Assembly (NCBI GenBank): GCA_020137815.1
Contig: CM035350.1
Span: 7,130,001 to 7,194,000 of the forward strand
From: Hormiphora californensis
Taxonomy: Eukaryota; Animalia; Ctenophora
DNA length: 64,000 nucleotides
Direction of reading: 5' to 3'
Part shown: positions 37,101-48,519 of the stretch, in pieces
Position numbering within the stretch: position 1 is the stretch's first letter
Layout: the number at the start of each line of letters is the position of its first letter
The notes under the pieces: generated by a model
Databases searched by the model: none
Seen by the model: the letters and a program-made list of their open reading frames with translations, nothing else
Told to the model about the DNA's origin: nothing
Position numbers and translations under genes: made by a program

Positions 37101-40100
37101 AAATTCTATAAGAGGCATCCCGCACATTAGGGGTGGCCTACTAGGATACCAAACGTCAATCAAATTTCCAAGGTAAAGATCACAGCTCATCTCATCAAGC
37201 TGATCACGAAGTGCCTTCGGTTTCAACAGACGACTACGTTTTTCAGGAAAATTTGTATTTATAAATTCAAATTTCATGTCCGTCCTTACAGCAGGATGAT
37301 TAAGTAAAAAATTTATGGCCTCTTGTTCTCCCATTTCACGCTTTTTCATGAACTGGAAAACTAATTTCATAATTACGGCTGGCTCTGATTTATCTTGAAG
37401 TAAATTTTCTATATTCATGGAGTCTAAATTAGACCTGGGGGATTTTAGCCCATATTTGGTAACATAACACGCCAACTGCTTAGTATAATCTGCTATAAAT
37501 TGAAGGTCCATATTACCTTTCCAAAGATATAAAATCGTGGGATTATAGTCATTAATGTAACGTTCACTGACATCCCGTTTGATTTCATACAATCTATTTG
37601 TGAATGTTTTTGCTTTCCTAGATACGATTGATGATTCAACACTATGCAATACAGGAACTTCACAAACATCTCTCGGAAATCCAAACTTACATACTTTTCT
37701 TCCATTAGTTTTTAAAGTAGCACAATACGGACTACACCGGTGGTGTTGGCATTTTTGGACAGAATGACGTAACACGACTTCTTCTTCAGACGGCAACCTG
37801 CACGTTACAAAACGAGATATAAATTTAAGTATATCCTTTGGTTCAGTCACACCCACTATTGGTGCATCTTCTACCCAGAAAAACATGTGATAGTGAGGCA
37901 TCATACGCGTCTGATATTCCGTGCGAACATAGTAATGAATTACCTTGCCTATTGGTTCTGATTCAGATTGTATAAACTTGAGTACAGCTTCAAACTTATT
38001 TTGAACATAAACACACGACAAAACTGGATCTATGAAAGTGGCAGCTTTCCCTTTAATATATTTTTCACTTAAGTCGGAATTTTGCTCAATAATATATTTA
38101 AGTAGGTCAATATCATCGTACTCGGCAGGCGACAAAGTACACCACCAAGTAGGAGGACCATATAACTCTATAGCATGATCGATCTCTGTTCTTCTTTTTG
38201 ACCAAAAAGATGGCTGACTGGGAAGTCCGCTCAATACTTGGTGTACCTTTGACAAAATAGATGTATCCCTATTTAGAATCTTATCTTGTAACTTTTTTTT
38301 AGTGATTTTTACAGAATTAGAAACACCAAACATCCCTCTTCTTATCTCTCTAAACTCTCTATTCGAAGCTTGATTAAAAATAAATGAAGTATTTCGCCGA
38401 TGATACGAATCTGCTGTTAGCAAACATGACTTTTCATAATCTGCCCTATTTACTTTATGTATTCTTAATTTATTATTATAACTCCCTAAACCGAGAGGAA
38501 ATCTCTCAGGAAAACACGATGCTTCTAGATCTAAAATATCCTTATCCAAAGGAGCTGATCCAATATTAAGCATTTTGAAAATTTCATCGACTGAACTTGT
38601 ATGGGGCTGTGCGTCTACAACTGTCAATTTGTGGTATTCTTTCATATCTTCTTTTGTTACTGGCCTAATATACGACTTTCCCTCATAACACACATCGTCT
38701 GCACTTTCAATATCATCCTGATCAATATCATTCTTTTCAATATCTTTCTTATCAATATCATTCTTATCAATATCATTCTTTTCAATATCTTTCTTATCAA
38801 TATCATTCTTATCACTATCATTCTTCTCGCTAATATATTCGTATGTAGCGATATCCTTACCAGAGTCTTTATTGTCAACAAAAATATCACTAGAATTACC
38901 CACAACCATATTTTCATACAGAATATTTCTTTTCCTTAGCCATGCATATGAAATGAAGACATTAGCCCTATCAACTAGATGTCGCCAGACACTGGTTTTG
39001 CTAGGTTTCCCATATACAGTTATCAGATCTGAAATATCACAAAATGTTGTTTGATTTTTCTTACATTCCTCTAAATATCCTAATGTACTTTTCATCGAAA
39101 GAGGTAATATAATCATATTGCCCTTAACTTTTTTTATCGCATCACACCTAGGTCTCCGTTTTGACACATTACCAGATTTAATCACGGTCTGGAAGCACTT
39201 TGCTTTGCTTATTAACTTTATTTCAATCTGATTTAATTTCTTAATACATTCAGGTGTTTCACCACAATAGAAACCATTGAGAACAGAAGTTGAAGGAATC
39301 TCATCTTTATCCAATTTAGTTTTACATCTATTGCAAATAAACAAACCTTCTAAATCATGAAACTCTCCTGAACTTGTTTTTGAATTAGAAATATTGTGCA
39401 AAAACTTAGATAGTTTCGTATAAACTTCATTCTTTTTTATGTATTTCATCTTTGTTATACTTATCTTCACTTTATTGCTGGGTTTAATTAGTATAAAGCA
39501 TGACATACACTTAAACCGTGGCACATTACTACATGCTGTTTCAAACTCTGTCATTATACTCACACCCTTCTTTCGCTTTGAACACGCTGGCTTGGACAAA
39601 AGTTTCTCTATATCCCTTTCACTTAACATATTAGCTTCATTTTCAACTTCAGTGCTGTATATAGTCTTTCCGTATACTTTTGTCCGGCATAATTTTTCAA
39701 GGTAAGTTATATCACCCACAGCAACTGCCGTATCAATATCACAAACAAGTTTATGTGACCTAACTATCTGGGTCATTAATTTTAAAATTTTTCTAGGGTT
39801 TTCATAGTGCACAGCTGCACGTCTGATTAACAACTCGTAGCTCAGACATGGGGTTATAGTAGAATAACATAATTTCGGATGATTTCTCTTTTTTGCATTA
39901 AATAAATACATTCTCGACATATCTAGGTCACTCCTTGATGCACCTTTACAGTACTCTAATAGACTACATGCCATATACCTTTCATGTACATATTTCCTTA
40001 TTTCATTTTCACCTTGTACACTCACTAAGAATTCTTTGAAAGAGATCAAATCTTTATCATCAAATAGTATACAATTACTATCACATAGCTTCAACTTATT

Positions 40101-41468
40101 TCTATCAGAAAACTCGAATTTTTTAGCAATTTTGTAAGATTTATCCAGAAAATAAGGCTCAGTGGACTTATCATGACAGAATATGCCTAACAATGCTATA
40201 TCTCTTTCTGCACCTTTATCTTCTGTACTTTTAATATCAACAAGCACATTTGTCGCAAAATTCTTTAATTTATGCCAAAAAGATTTTATAGATTTAATAC
40301 ACTCTTCTCTTTTACAGTAGACAATATCGGATAATCTCCTAACAAAATTTGTTCGATTGATCCGCGACCTTGTATTTAACATATTTGTAACAGCATGAAT
40401 TCTTAACTTCTGCTCTAATTCAAATTTCAAAAGAGATCCTTTTCTGCTCCCATAGGTTAAATTAAGATGTGTAAATGAGTTAAAATACACCCTATTTTTT
40501 ACAAGATTTTCTTTGACCACATCAAACATATTCGTACAATATTCACTAGGAACATGGGTTCTCAAACACTTAGTATCTACAACCATAGATTCGATGTAAA
40601 AATCTTTAACTTTATTTCGTGCTCTTAATCTTATCCTAGAAAAATATTTTTTTTTAATCGTAATACTTGCACGTACAGCACTATTAATTTTTATTTTACT
40701 TATCTTTCGATTTTTTATCATATTCCTTTTTTTATTTATTTTGCTCGTGATTGTTTTTTTGTGCCTTTTCTTTTCATATATCTTCCTTTTTTTTCCGGAT
40801 TCTGTGATCTTTTGCTTCTTCCTTTCATTTCTTTTTCTATTTTTTCCTGATTCTGTTTTTTTACCTTTCCTTTTTATTTTCATCATCTTTAATATTTCCT
40901 CTGATAAATGTGGCTCTATGTTTTTAATATTATCATTCTTTACCTTCTTTTTAACATTTCTAGTAAATTTTCGGGCCCGCTTTAAACCACTTATTTTTTC
41001 TTTGGCACCTTTTTCTCTGACTTCTACGTTGTTAAGATCAACATACGGCATGTGCTCACTTTCATCTTCATAGCTGTCATCAATGAATTCTCTATCACTT
41101 TTGGTCATTTCATCATCTGTAGAATGACATGACGACTCACTAGAATGTTCAACTTTCGAAACAAAGTGATCGTTACCACCACCACATATCAATCTCATAG
41201 GATAATTTTTCAAAAACTGAATATTCACTTTATTTTTTCTTATTTTTAAGTCCGCAGACTGTCCAGGGCATAAGCCGCAGGCCGTAGCCGATTTAAGGAC
41301 GCATCCTGTTACCAAATCAGGCCGTTCAGGGGTCATTGCCCCATTTTTAAGTGCGCACACTACCCCGTGCTGGGGGTCCTCCGCAATATAGACTTCCTTC
41401 AAACCTATAACATCGTAATAACGGTTAATCAATACACCTGACTTTAATTTACAAAAAAAAAACCACAA
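34146..41468 (-). CDS. Helentron/Helitron2-type RepHel transposase: Zn-finger, HUH Rep, Pif1 (SF1B) helicase, C-terminal OTU cysteine protease; true start probably in small upstream exons (e.g. ATG exon 41790-41701)
   Basis: Rep: GPPTWWCTLSPAE, YVRTEYQTRMMPHYH, YVTKY. Pif1: TGGAGVGKS, APTGIAS..GGRTLHS, IIDECSMV, FGDLMQLEPV, LTKNHRQ, AITIHKSQ, YVALSR. OTU: GDGNCWYRSIS...WADNLVI...HFDP. Uninterrupted 2440 codons, AT-rich. Confidence 0.93.
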   Translation of the reverse strand: MWFFFCKLKSGVLINRYYDVIGLKEVYIAEDPQHGVVCALKNGAMTPERPDLVTGCVLKSATACGLCPGQSADLKIRKNKVNIQFLKNYPMRLICGGGNDHFVSKVEHSSESSCHSTDDEMTKSDREFIDDSYEDESEHMPYVDLNNVEVREKGAKEKISGLKRARKFTRNVKKKVKNDNIKNIEPHLSEEILKMMKIKRKGKKTESGKNRKRNERKKQKITESGKKRKIYEKKRHKKTITSKINKKRNMIKNRKISKIKINSAVRASITIKKKYFSRIRLRARNKVKDFYIESMVVDTKCLRTHVPSEYCTNMFDVVKENLVKNRVYFNSFTHLNLTYGSRKGSLLKFELEQKLRIHAVTNMLNTRSRINRTNFVRRLSDIVYCKREECIKSIKSFWHKLKNFATNVLVDIKSTEDKGAERDIALLGIFCHDKSTEPYFLDKSYKIAKKFEFSDRNKLKLCDSNCILFDDKDLISFKEFLVSVQGENEIRKYVHERYMACSLLEYCKGASRSDLDMSRMYLFNAKKRNHPKLCYSTITPCLSYELLIRRAAVHYENPRKILKLMTQIVRSHKLVCDIDTAVAVGDITYLEKLCRTKVYGKTIYSTEVENEANMLSERDIEKLLSKPACSKRKKGVSIMTEFETACSNVPRFKCMSCFILIKPSNKVKISITKMKYIKKNEVYTKLSKFLHNISNSKTSSGEFHDLEGLFICNRCKTKLDKDEIPSTSVLNGFYCGETPECIKKLNQIEIKLISKAKCFQTVIKSGNVSKRRPRCDAIKKVKGNMIILPLSMKSTLGYLEECKKNQTTFCDISDLITVYGKPSKTSVWRHLVDRANVFISYAWLRKRNILYENMVVGNSSDIFVDNKDSGKDIATYEYISEKNDSDKNDIDKKDIEKNDIDKNDIDKKDIEKNDIDQDDIESADDVCYEGKSYIRPVTKEDMKEYHKLTVVDAQPHTSSVDEIFKMLNIGSAPLDKDILDLEASCFPERFPLGLGSYNNKLRIHKVNRADYEKSCLLTADSYHRRNTSFIFNQASNREFREIRRGMFGVSNSVKITKKKLQDKILNRDTSILSKVHQVLSGLPSQPSFWSKRRTEIDHAIELYGPPTWWCTLSPAEYDDIDLLKYIIEQNSDLSEKYIKGKAATFIDPVLSCVYVQNKFEAVLKFIQSESEPIGKVIHYYVRTEYQTRMMPHYHMFFWVEDAPIVGVTEPKDILKFISRFVTCRLPSEEEVVLRHSVQKCQHHRCSPYCATLKTNGRKVCKFGFPRDVCEVPVLHSVESSIVSRKAKTFTNRLYEIKRDVSERYINDYNPTILYLWKGNMDLQFIADYTKQLACYVTKYGLKSPRSNLDSMNIENLLQDKSEPAVIMKLVFQFMKKREMGEQEAINFLLNHPAVRTDMKFEFINTNFPEKRSRLLKPKALRDQLDEMSCDLYLGNLIDVWYPSRPPLMCGMPLIEFAKKFKRVNNSLAKSMNVDRRKQLIRLKNEEGFMGPRSVDELQSLVLTFPNIDPITNPEGFYYKFLLLYKPWVIENTLIGKSNSFEDEFNRIKASYPEMENEVRRYFEKKKMRLDITLKTCQAIAAEYPLLKNKNKNQTSENIGSDGNDVVEVNAGDNSFTEKELIEMVDKLGDEQRKVYDLFTENVFHRSKHISNECMCKDFKPLYLFVTGGAGVGKSFLIRAIMGFQYVQMVEKNHRCDIILGAPTGIASFNVGGRTLHSIWSIPVDNNLKKYVSLDQRKCVMMQAAYSNACGHIIDECSMVSNKMLYRIHQRMTEIFDDNSAFGGIPMLLFGDLMQLEPVRANPPYVPLKESQMQNISCGIPVVYELWKLFEMLQLTKNHRQSGDHNTIWRNLLNKLRFGNMARSDYDLLCNRLISKLDKRKDLSYTDKVVTKFIDLEMEGKNPICLLPRKSMCEDFNNLVMAAKGEIGVVIHAIDIPYCKKDMLKEVKNAMENMDDRETAGLDGKLTLSVGSRVMLRVNKNAKKGLVNGALGVVKSISYSSKVVDKLFIKFDCLEEVQEIERIERNIHPLKKCVVKRSMFPVVVAYAITIHKSQSLSLDCVIVDGGSTLFGPAMLYVALSRCTSMQGLFLINLNVSRISASNRACREYLKHDETFDKRFNVIEKGLAHIPERVWYQPYSQLHAKRVLESTVGDVNNAKRLKNAKGIMNNNKRGLSYNACDAIENASKRNKVLPSVSTEKAENTKVRKKYEKRPGKRPGVTVIGDVNVESDELIVLKDQKKLIDYTPVDHVWQAVVCQGLNFDLSKMKKSKASDYLYGLNTNSEPIIKKKVIGDGNCWYRSISYIVTGTEENHAMVKKNIIEFMRSNSVVVEYVLLNHPVMNDDSLESYIKRIENDWADNLVIEATACMLNTKIYLYEREHYKQWLDQTLNCMLWEKRNMLNGKMFDTDVLRMALYIDHPRGHFDPAHSGIKMKKKRGNIYG

Positions 41469-42769
41469 ATTTCACAAATTTTATATACAAAAATTTATAA
41501 CACAGACGGCTGTACAAATTTGTATGAGTGTGATGGCACAGCTACTACCAAACCAAATATACATTAAATACATTATTCTTTTCCACAATTTTTGGATGTT
41601 GTTTCTACCGTCGTCTCATCTTCCTGATAATATGTAACATATTACATAGGCATCTTCTATGTTTACTCATGGTTCACTAGCTAGATGACTAGCGTCTTAC
41701 CTCTTCTAAGTCCAATATCCTTATGAGTTCGGCCTCCGGTATTAACCATTTATCAGATATTGACGTGTTTTTTTCTTCTTTCTCGGGCATACTACTAATA
41801 TTAAATACATTTAAATCTTTATATATTGGAGGGTGTTAATGAAAATGGGGGGGGGGGGGGAGTGGGTTACTGCGCATACGGGTTGGTACAGTGGGTCATA
41901 GGAATCGAGTGCTCATCCGTAAACGGTTTTGTGGGGTTCAAGTCAATGGGCTATATAGTTTTAATTAACAAATTTCTAAAAGTTATTGGGTTATTTCGTT
42001 ACATATTGACAAGTAAAACCGAAAACATTAACATCACTTTCCAATTCACCTAGATTTTTAGCATGATACTGGCCTTTGACATGTTACTGATGGCTTTGAA
42101 GTGTTAGGCAAGGCGCTGAAAAGGGCATAGTAATTTTACAATGCAAGGCGCTCTCTCTCTCCCTCTCCCATAAATTGCACCTTTCTAATGGACAACTCCC
42201 CATGCCTAACACACTCGAAAAGCCAAATCTTGTGACTATTGGGACACCGTACACGTGCAATATGACTGCCTCACCGAGCTTCACTGAGCCCTTTCCCCTT
42301 CTAAAGTTACAAAAGAGAGCACGCGAAGAGAGATTGCTACAATAACGTATAAATGTAAGATAGGGGTAGTAGGCAGTATGCACGTACGTCCATAATCAAT
42401 TAAATAAATAATGAGAGATCGATTAATATTTATAACTTTTTCATGTTTATTTCTATAAATTATTCTACAAGGTCTCATAATCTTCAGCCTACATCGGAAA
42501 TTCGATAATAAAACAAAGAGACAATATCATGGATAAACAACTGGGCCCCAGTTACTGGGGTAAACCTAACTACATGTCCCAGAACAGATACTATATTCTG
42601 AGAAAGAGCCTCCTCACAATCGGGTATAAGTCACCCGTTTCGTCCTTAAGGACAAGGCGTAGATACAACTTTAGATCTTGATACAACTTTAAATCTTGAG
42701 TTTCTGCCATAGCTATTAGCAAAGTTATTAATATTATGGAGTTAAACTAATTATTTATTTGTTAAACTA

Positions 42770-43029
42770 CAGGGTGTTTCAGAAACATGGAGCCACTTGG
42801 AGATAAAAATCGGAAAAATACAATTCTCTCTCTATTGTACGGATCCAGTCAGTTGACAGGCTGATAATTTTTAGCAAAGAGTGGCCCTCTGTCGATCTCA
42901 ATCCTCAGGGGACGCTTTTTTAGTCAAGAGACTGTGAAAATACGTTTCTAATTACACTGTACATCGGAGAGCGAACTGTATTGGCACATTAGTTATCTCA
43001 AAGTGGCTCCATGTTTCTGAACCACCCTG
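42770..43029. mobile_element. Tc1/mariner-type MITE
   Basis: TA|CAGGGTGTTTCAGAAACATGGAGCCACTT ... AAGTGGCTCCATGTTTCTGAACCACCCTG|TA. Confidence 0.85.
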
Positions 43030-44306
43030 TATCAAATGTTATTGGCAATGCCAACAGAGTACCTCACCGGTGGCACAACCACATCATAATCTTCAGCCTA
43101 CATCGGAAATTCAATAATAAAACAAAGAGAAAATATCATGGATAAACAACTGGGGTAAACCTAACTACATGTCACAGAACAGACAATTCACATTCATGGC
43201 GATCACAGCTTGTTATGATATTTTTCCTATTTTAGATGATAAATGTCTGGCGGCTCAGAACAACTTTTGTTACTCAAATAACTAAACTACTATCCAAAAC
43301 CAGATGGCATTGACCCATGATTGAGTTATCATGGTAATTGACATTTAAATATATTTATTATTATATTTAATAAAAAGGACAAGAGGGGACCAGAGCAGCT
43401 AACTCATTAAACTAATTAATTATTTATTAAACTATTGGCAATGCCAACAGAGTACCTCACCGGTGGCACAACAGTTACAGCAACCCCACAGTAACCGAAG
43501 TAAACTGAGGAGAGCTGCAGGCCCGGTGAGGTACAAGGAGGAAAATAAACATATCATATAACCTGTTTATATCGGAATTTAATAATGTTTGTTGTATAAA
43601 AATGCCCACTTATAATTTTATTATGTTATATTATTTGGGAGGAGTGGGGCCTGAGCTACTGTGGCCAGGGGGAGGGACTTACTAACCACTAGGGACATCA
43701 GGTATGATTAACAGTTGCATAGCAACTCTAAGTGAGGACGCAGTGTGAATCAGTATCATCATATGAACCTAGTGGTTTCGATGAGTTTAGGATAACCCCT
43801 GACAACCCATGGGACTAAACAGGACACCCAGCAAAGAGAAGCTTCTTAAAGCCATCCGGTTCGAGGACATTAGTAAGACTAAGGCATCTTCAACTATCAA
43901 CGGTCATAACTTAAATTGATTAAATATAGAGAATATATTGCTCCATGAAAGAGATAAGTCAACTTACTTATTTTTTCTACATTTTCCACCCATTGTTTTT
44001 TGGTGAAGCTAGGGTGGTGATCCTGCTCATCAACTATTCCTAGATCTATCATTTTTTACCAATTTCGGTAAATGCGACTAAACCTCCCCATCTCTATTAA
44101 ATATTGAAGGTATTAATTTTCTAGGTTACGGGCTATGAGGAGACATACAACATGCAACATGTCCAAAGCAGAAAACATGCAAAATTCAGTAAATAATTTA
44201 AAAATACAGATTTAGAATGAGTAAACAGTTTTTTTACAAGATTAAAAAGCCGGGTTAAACACTTCCACACCAGAGAAGCTTCTAAAAGCCATCCAGTTCG
44301 AGGAAA

Positions 44307-44600
44307 TTAGTCAGGAACACTATTGGTGCGCGGTCGTGCCCACGGAAGGAGTGCTTGGATCATCTTGAAACCGGTATTAAGTTAACTAATGCATATCCAA
44401 AAGTCCTCCTTTTTGTCACTTTGGGTGATGTTCTGACAATCCAATCAAGAGTTATGACGAAAAAACAGTCAAAAAAGACGTTTTTAAGTGACAAAAAGGA
44501 GGACTTTTGGATATGCATTAGTTAACTTAAAACCGGTTTCAAGATGATCCAAGCACTCCTTCCGTGGGCACGACCGCGCACCAATAGTGTTCCTAACTAA
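44307..44600. mobile_element. MITE with about 115-bp inverted repeats
   Basis: TTAGTCAGGAACACTATTGGTGCGCGGTCGTGCCCACGG... mirrored by ...CCGTGGGCACGACCGCGCACCAATAGTGTTCCTAACTAA. Confidence 0.8.
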
Positions 44601-45235
44601 AAGAAATTTATTTTATGTAAAGAAATTTAAATATATTTATCATTACATTTAATAAAAAAGGAAAAGAGGGGGGGCAGAGCAGCTAAGTCGTTGGAGGCCA
44701 ATGAGTTAGCTGCTCTGCCCCCCCCCCCCCCCGTTAAATTAATTATCAAAAGCTGTACCAAGGGGCAGAGTACCTCACCGGTGGCCAGGCATGCCAACAG
44801 TTACAGCAACCCCACAGTAACCGAAGTATACTGCGGGGAGCTGCAAGCCCGGTGAGGTACTAGGAGGAAAAACAGATTAAATATTCTATAACCTGTTTCA
44901 ATCGGAATATCCTGTACACAGGAATGGGTAGCGGACAATGAGTACCTCACCGGTGGCACAACAGTTACAGCAACCCCACAGTAACCGAAGTATACTGCGG
45001 GGAGCTGCAAGCCCGGTGAGGCACTAGGAGTATCTCTCTCTCTCCCTCAGTGGTAAGTAGAGTTGTCGTGGAGGGAGAGGAAGGAATAAGGGAAGTTCCA
45101 GGAAGTCAGGTGGAAGGGACAACAACAATCCGACAGGCGGAAGGGACAAAGAAGGAAACAACAAAGCGACAGGTGGCAGTCTCCCATCGTCCGATCAACC
45201 AGAGAAGCTTCTAAAAGCCATCCGGTTCGAGGAAA

Positions 45236-45520
45236 TTAGTCAGGACCACTATTGGTGCGCGGTCGTGCCCACGGAAGGAGTGCTTGGATCATCTTGAAAC
45301 CGGTATTAAGTTAACTAATGCATATCCATATAATGTCACTTTGGGTGATGTTCTGACAATCCAATCAAGAGTTATGACGAAAAAACAGTCAAAAAAGACG
45401 TTTTAAAGTGACAAAAAGGAGGACTTTTGGATATGCATTAGTTAACTTAAAACCGGTTTCAATATTATCAAAGCACTCCTTCCGTGGGCACGACCGCGCA
45501 CCAATAGTGTTCCTAACTAA
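45236..45520. mobile_element. Second copy of the 44307 MITE, duplicated with its flanks
   Basis: Same termini and flanks; short deletion in the left arm. Confidence 0.8.
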
Positions 45521-47445
45521 AAGAAATTTATGTAAAGAAATTTAAATATATTTATTATTACATTTAATAAAAAAGGAAAAGAGGGGGGGGGGGGGGAGTC
45601 AACGCTATTTTAAAATTTAACTGCACTTTAAAATAATAGTTTAAACCACATACCATACGGGAAACGCTGGCCTATTCGTGAAACTGGAATCAAAAAATTA
45701 ACTTAACTATCTCGATTTCCAAAGTACTTCGCTGTTACTAATTTCATTCATAGTTACTTTATATCACTGTCATTTATCTAGTACATTTTAAACTTCTACT
45801 CAAACACAGGTTAAGCACACAGTGCAGTTGTCAAATACAATATAAAATACGAGGCTCTTCACAAGAGGGGGGGGGGGCCTCCAATGAGTTAGCTGTACCA
45901 AGGGACAGAGTACCTCACCGGTGGCCAGGCATGCCAACAGTTACAGCAACCCCACAGTAACCGAAGTATACTGCGGGGAGCTGCAAGCCCGGTGAGGCAC
46001 TAGGAGGAAAAACAGATTAAATATACTATAACCTGTTTCAATCGGAAGATCGTGTTCACAGGAATTTGTTCACATCCATCTAAATGCTTATCATACTTGT
46101 CATTGTTTCTTCATTTTATCAGAATCATTAAATCATCTTTTTTATAATCTTTTTCTTATTTTATATTGTTACACAATCCTTTGACGATGAGGATACTAAG
46201 CTTACTTTAAACAACTGGGGTAAACCTAACTACATGTCCCAGAACAGATACACAAATGACAATTCACATTCATGGCAATCATATCTACTGAAGTATCTGG
46301 CATCATACAAATGATTGGGTGGTAATCTTTCATGTCTACTATCGGGCCCGGTAAATATGGGTCCGATATATATATTATATTTGTTATTAATTATTTCTTA
46401 TTTAGGGATGGGGATGGTCATGATAATTTGTTTATATTGTTACACAAATTAACATGACCACCCCCATTGTTAATTTAAAGATAAGGATATCCTTTGACGA
46501 TGAGGATACCAGGCTTTCGTTATAACGTGTTGGGCATAAAAAATGTCCCCCCTAGACTAGCATAGTTCCAGATATCGTAGAGCTCTAATTATTTTCATTA
46601 CGATAATATATATGTGCTAGCGGCATTCATAGTTCTCAGTTCTATTAACTAGATGAGTGTCGCTATGTCTAGTTAGATGATACTTTCTTACAAACTTCTT
46701 ATTACATATTTCACACGTAAATCTTCTTATATCGGCCGGGTTAGAGAAACCACTTTATGGGCCGACTCTCCCTCGAAATACTTCTAAGGAGAGTCGGGTC
46801 CCTGTGGCAATTAAATATGTAGTATTTATACGATAATATAAATGTGCTAGCGGCCGGGTTAGAGAAACCACTTTATGGGCCGACTCTCCCTCGATATACT
46901 TCTAATGAGAGTCGGGTCCCTGTGGCAGGTTACAAATAAATAGGTTCCACAAAATTTCAGGCAGCGATTGAGGCCACATCGTTTGAGATATCGACCTGAA
47001 ATTTTGTAGGCATGTTCTATTCTTTGTATATATCGCAAAAGGCAAGCTTCCCCTCGTCCGGCCAGTGCACTAGGAGTAGTTTATAGGTCGCGGTAACAAT
47101 GTCGGGTCAGTCATTTGGTTGAAGATTGGGCGTTCCCTGTAAATACTGATTTCCTAGGTTGTCAACCATGTCGGGTGGGTTGGGTTACACGTGTTTATAT
47201 CGGACTGTATTACCAACATACAATGTGAGTATGCAGTACCATAAACAAATACATCCAAAGTGTCCTTAGCGAGGCAAACCGGAATCTAACCACATTTAGG
47301 CAGGCACCTAAATTAAATAGTAATAATACATTTATATCACATTATAAATATATATGAGACAGCTGATTGCATGATATCTCATCTGCAATTTTGTAGTTCC
47401 GAGATAATCGCAAAAACTATTGCCCACCCTTCGTCAGAAAATAAT

Positions 47446-47938
47446 GGGGGGGGGGGGGCAAGGCCAAAAAAAGCCAGATCAATCCCGGATTTTAGGGCGG
47501 GTCTGGCTTTTTTTGGCCCTACTTTTTTGGTCATTTTGGCATGTAATTCTGACATTATATGGTCTGTTTGACATTAAAAACACTTTAAAATGGCTTCTTT
47601 GATCTAGTTTTACCATTTTATATCGAAAGGGAAAAAATTTTCATACCGAAAAAAGTTTGATATAAAAAAAGCCAGATCAAAAAAAGCCAAAAAAAAGCCA
47701 GATCAAAAAAAGCCAAATCAAAAAAAGCCAAAAAAAGCCAGATCAAAAAAGCCAAAAAAAGCCAGATCAAAAAAGCCAAAAAAAGCCAAAAAAAGCCAGA
47801 TCAAAAAAAGCCAGATCAAAAAAAGCCAAAAAAAGCCAGATCAAAAAAAGCCAAAAAAAGACAGATCAAAAAAAGCCAGATCAGACCCGGATTTCAGGGC
47901 GGGTTTGGCTTTTTTTGGCCTTGGCCCCCCCCCCCCCC
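47446..47938. mobile_element. Poly-G/poly-C-ended MITE, family A, 5-bp TSD ATAAT; copies at the same site at 52522-52994 and 53930-54398
   Basis: ATAAT|(G)nCAAGGCCAAAAAAAGCC ... GGCTTTTTTTGGCCTTGG(C)n|ATAAT; internal (AAAAAAGCCAGATC)n. Confidence 0.85.
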
Positions 47939-48519
47939 ATAATTGTAGAATGGAAATGTGCCATTGGATCAAAACGTGAATTTGAAACTGATCTAAGTGA
48001 ATCTTATCTCAGTTTTGGCATATCTGCACTAGGGCCATCCTGCAATCAGCTGTCTCATATAAATGCTCATTATTTATTGAGATAAGTACATCACCGGTGG
48101 CCAGGCATGCCAACAGTTACAGCAACCCCACATCAACAAAAGTAAAATGCGGGGAGCTGCAGGCCCGGTGATGCACTAGGAGGAAAATAAACATATCATA
48201 TACTCATATATCTCATTGAGTGGGCCTTCAAATTGTATCGCGATTTAAATCTTTTATCTATATCTAAATATAGTCAATACTACACTGAATTGGCGATAGT
48301 AGAAACTGGCATGTGCGACGTTTAAATACATTTAATGATATAAAATCGATTTAAAATTTTTTATATAAATGTGCTAGCGGCCGGGTTAGAGAAACCACTT
48401 TATGGGCCGACTCTCCCTCGATATACTTCTAAGGAGAGTCGGGTCCCTGTGGCAATTAAATATGTAATATTTATTATCCAGTAGCCAGGGATTAGAGTTG
48501 TGTTGGTGCAATAGAACTA

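Noticed and set aside
38710-38830. 15-bp repeat encoding KNDID/KKDIE in RepHel
   Set aside because: Ordinary in-frame linker expansion.
43836-43875. GGTTCGAG B-box/tRNA-like motif (similar at about 44295 and 45225)
   Set aside because: No cloverleaf or A box found.
44668-44732. 65-bp G-run/C-run hairpin as a fourth poly-G family
   Set aside because: No 5-bp TSD on its flanks, so not counted.
44769-44861. Hairpin A as a hammerhead, HDV or twister ribozyme
   Set aside because: CUGANGA/GAAA core, HDV pseudoknot and twister consensus not found by eye on either strand.
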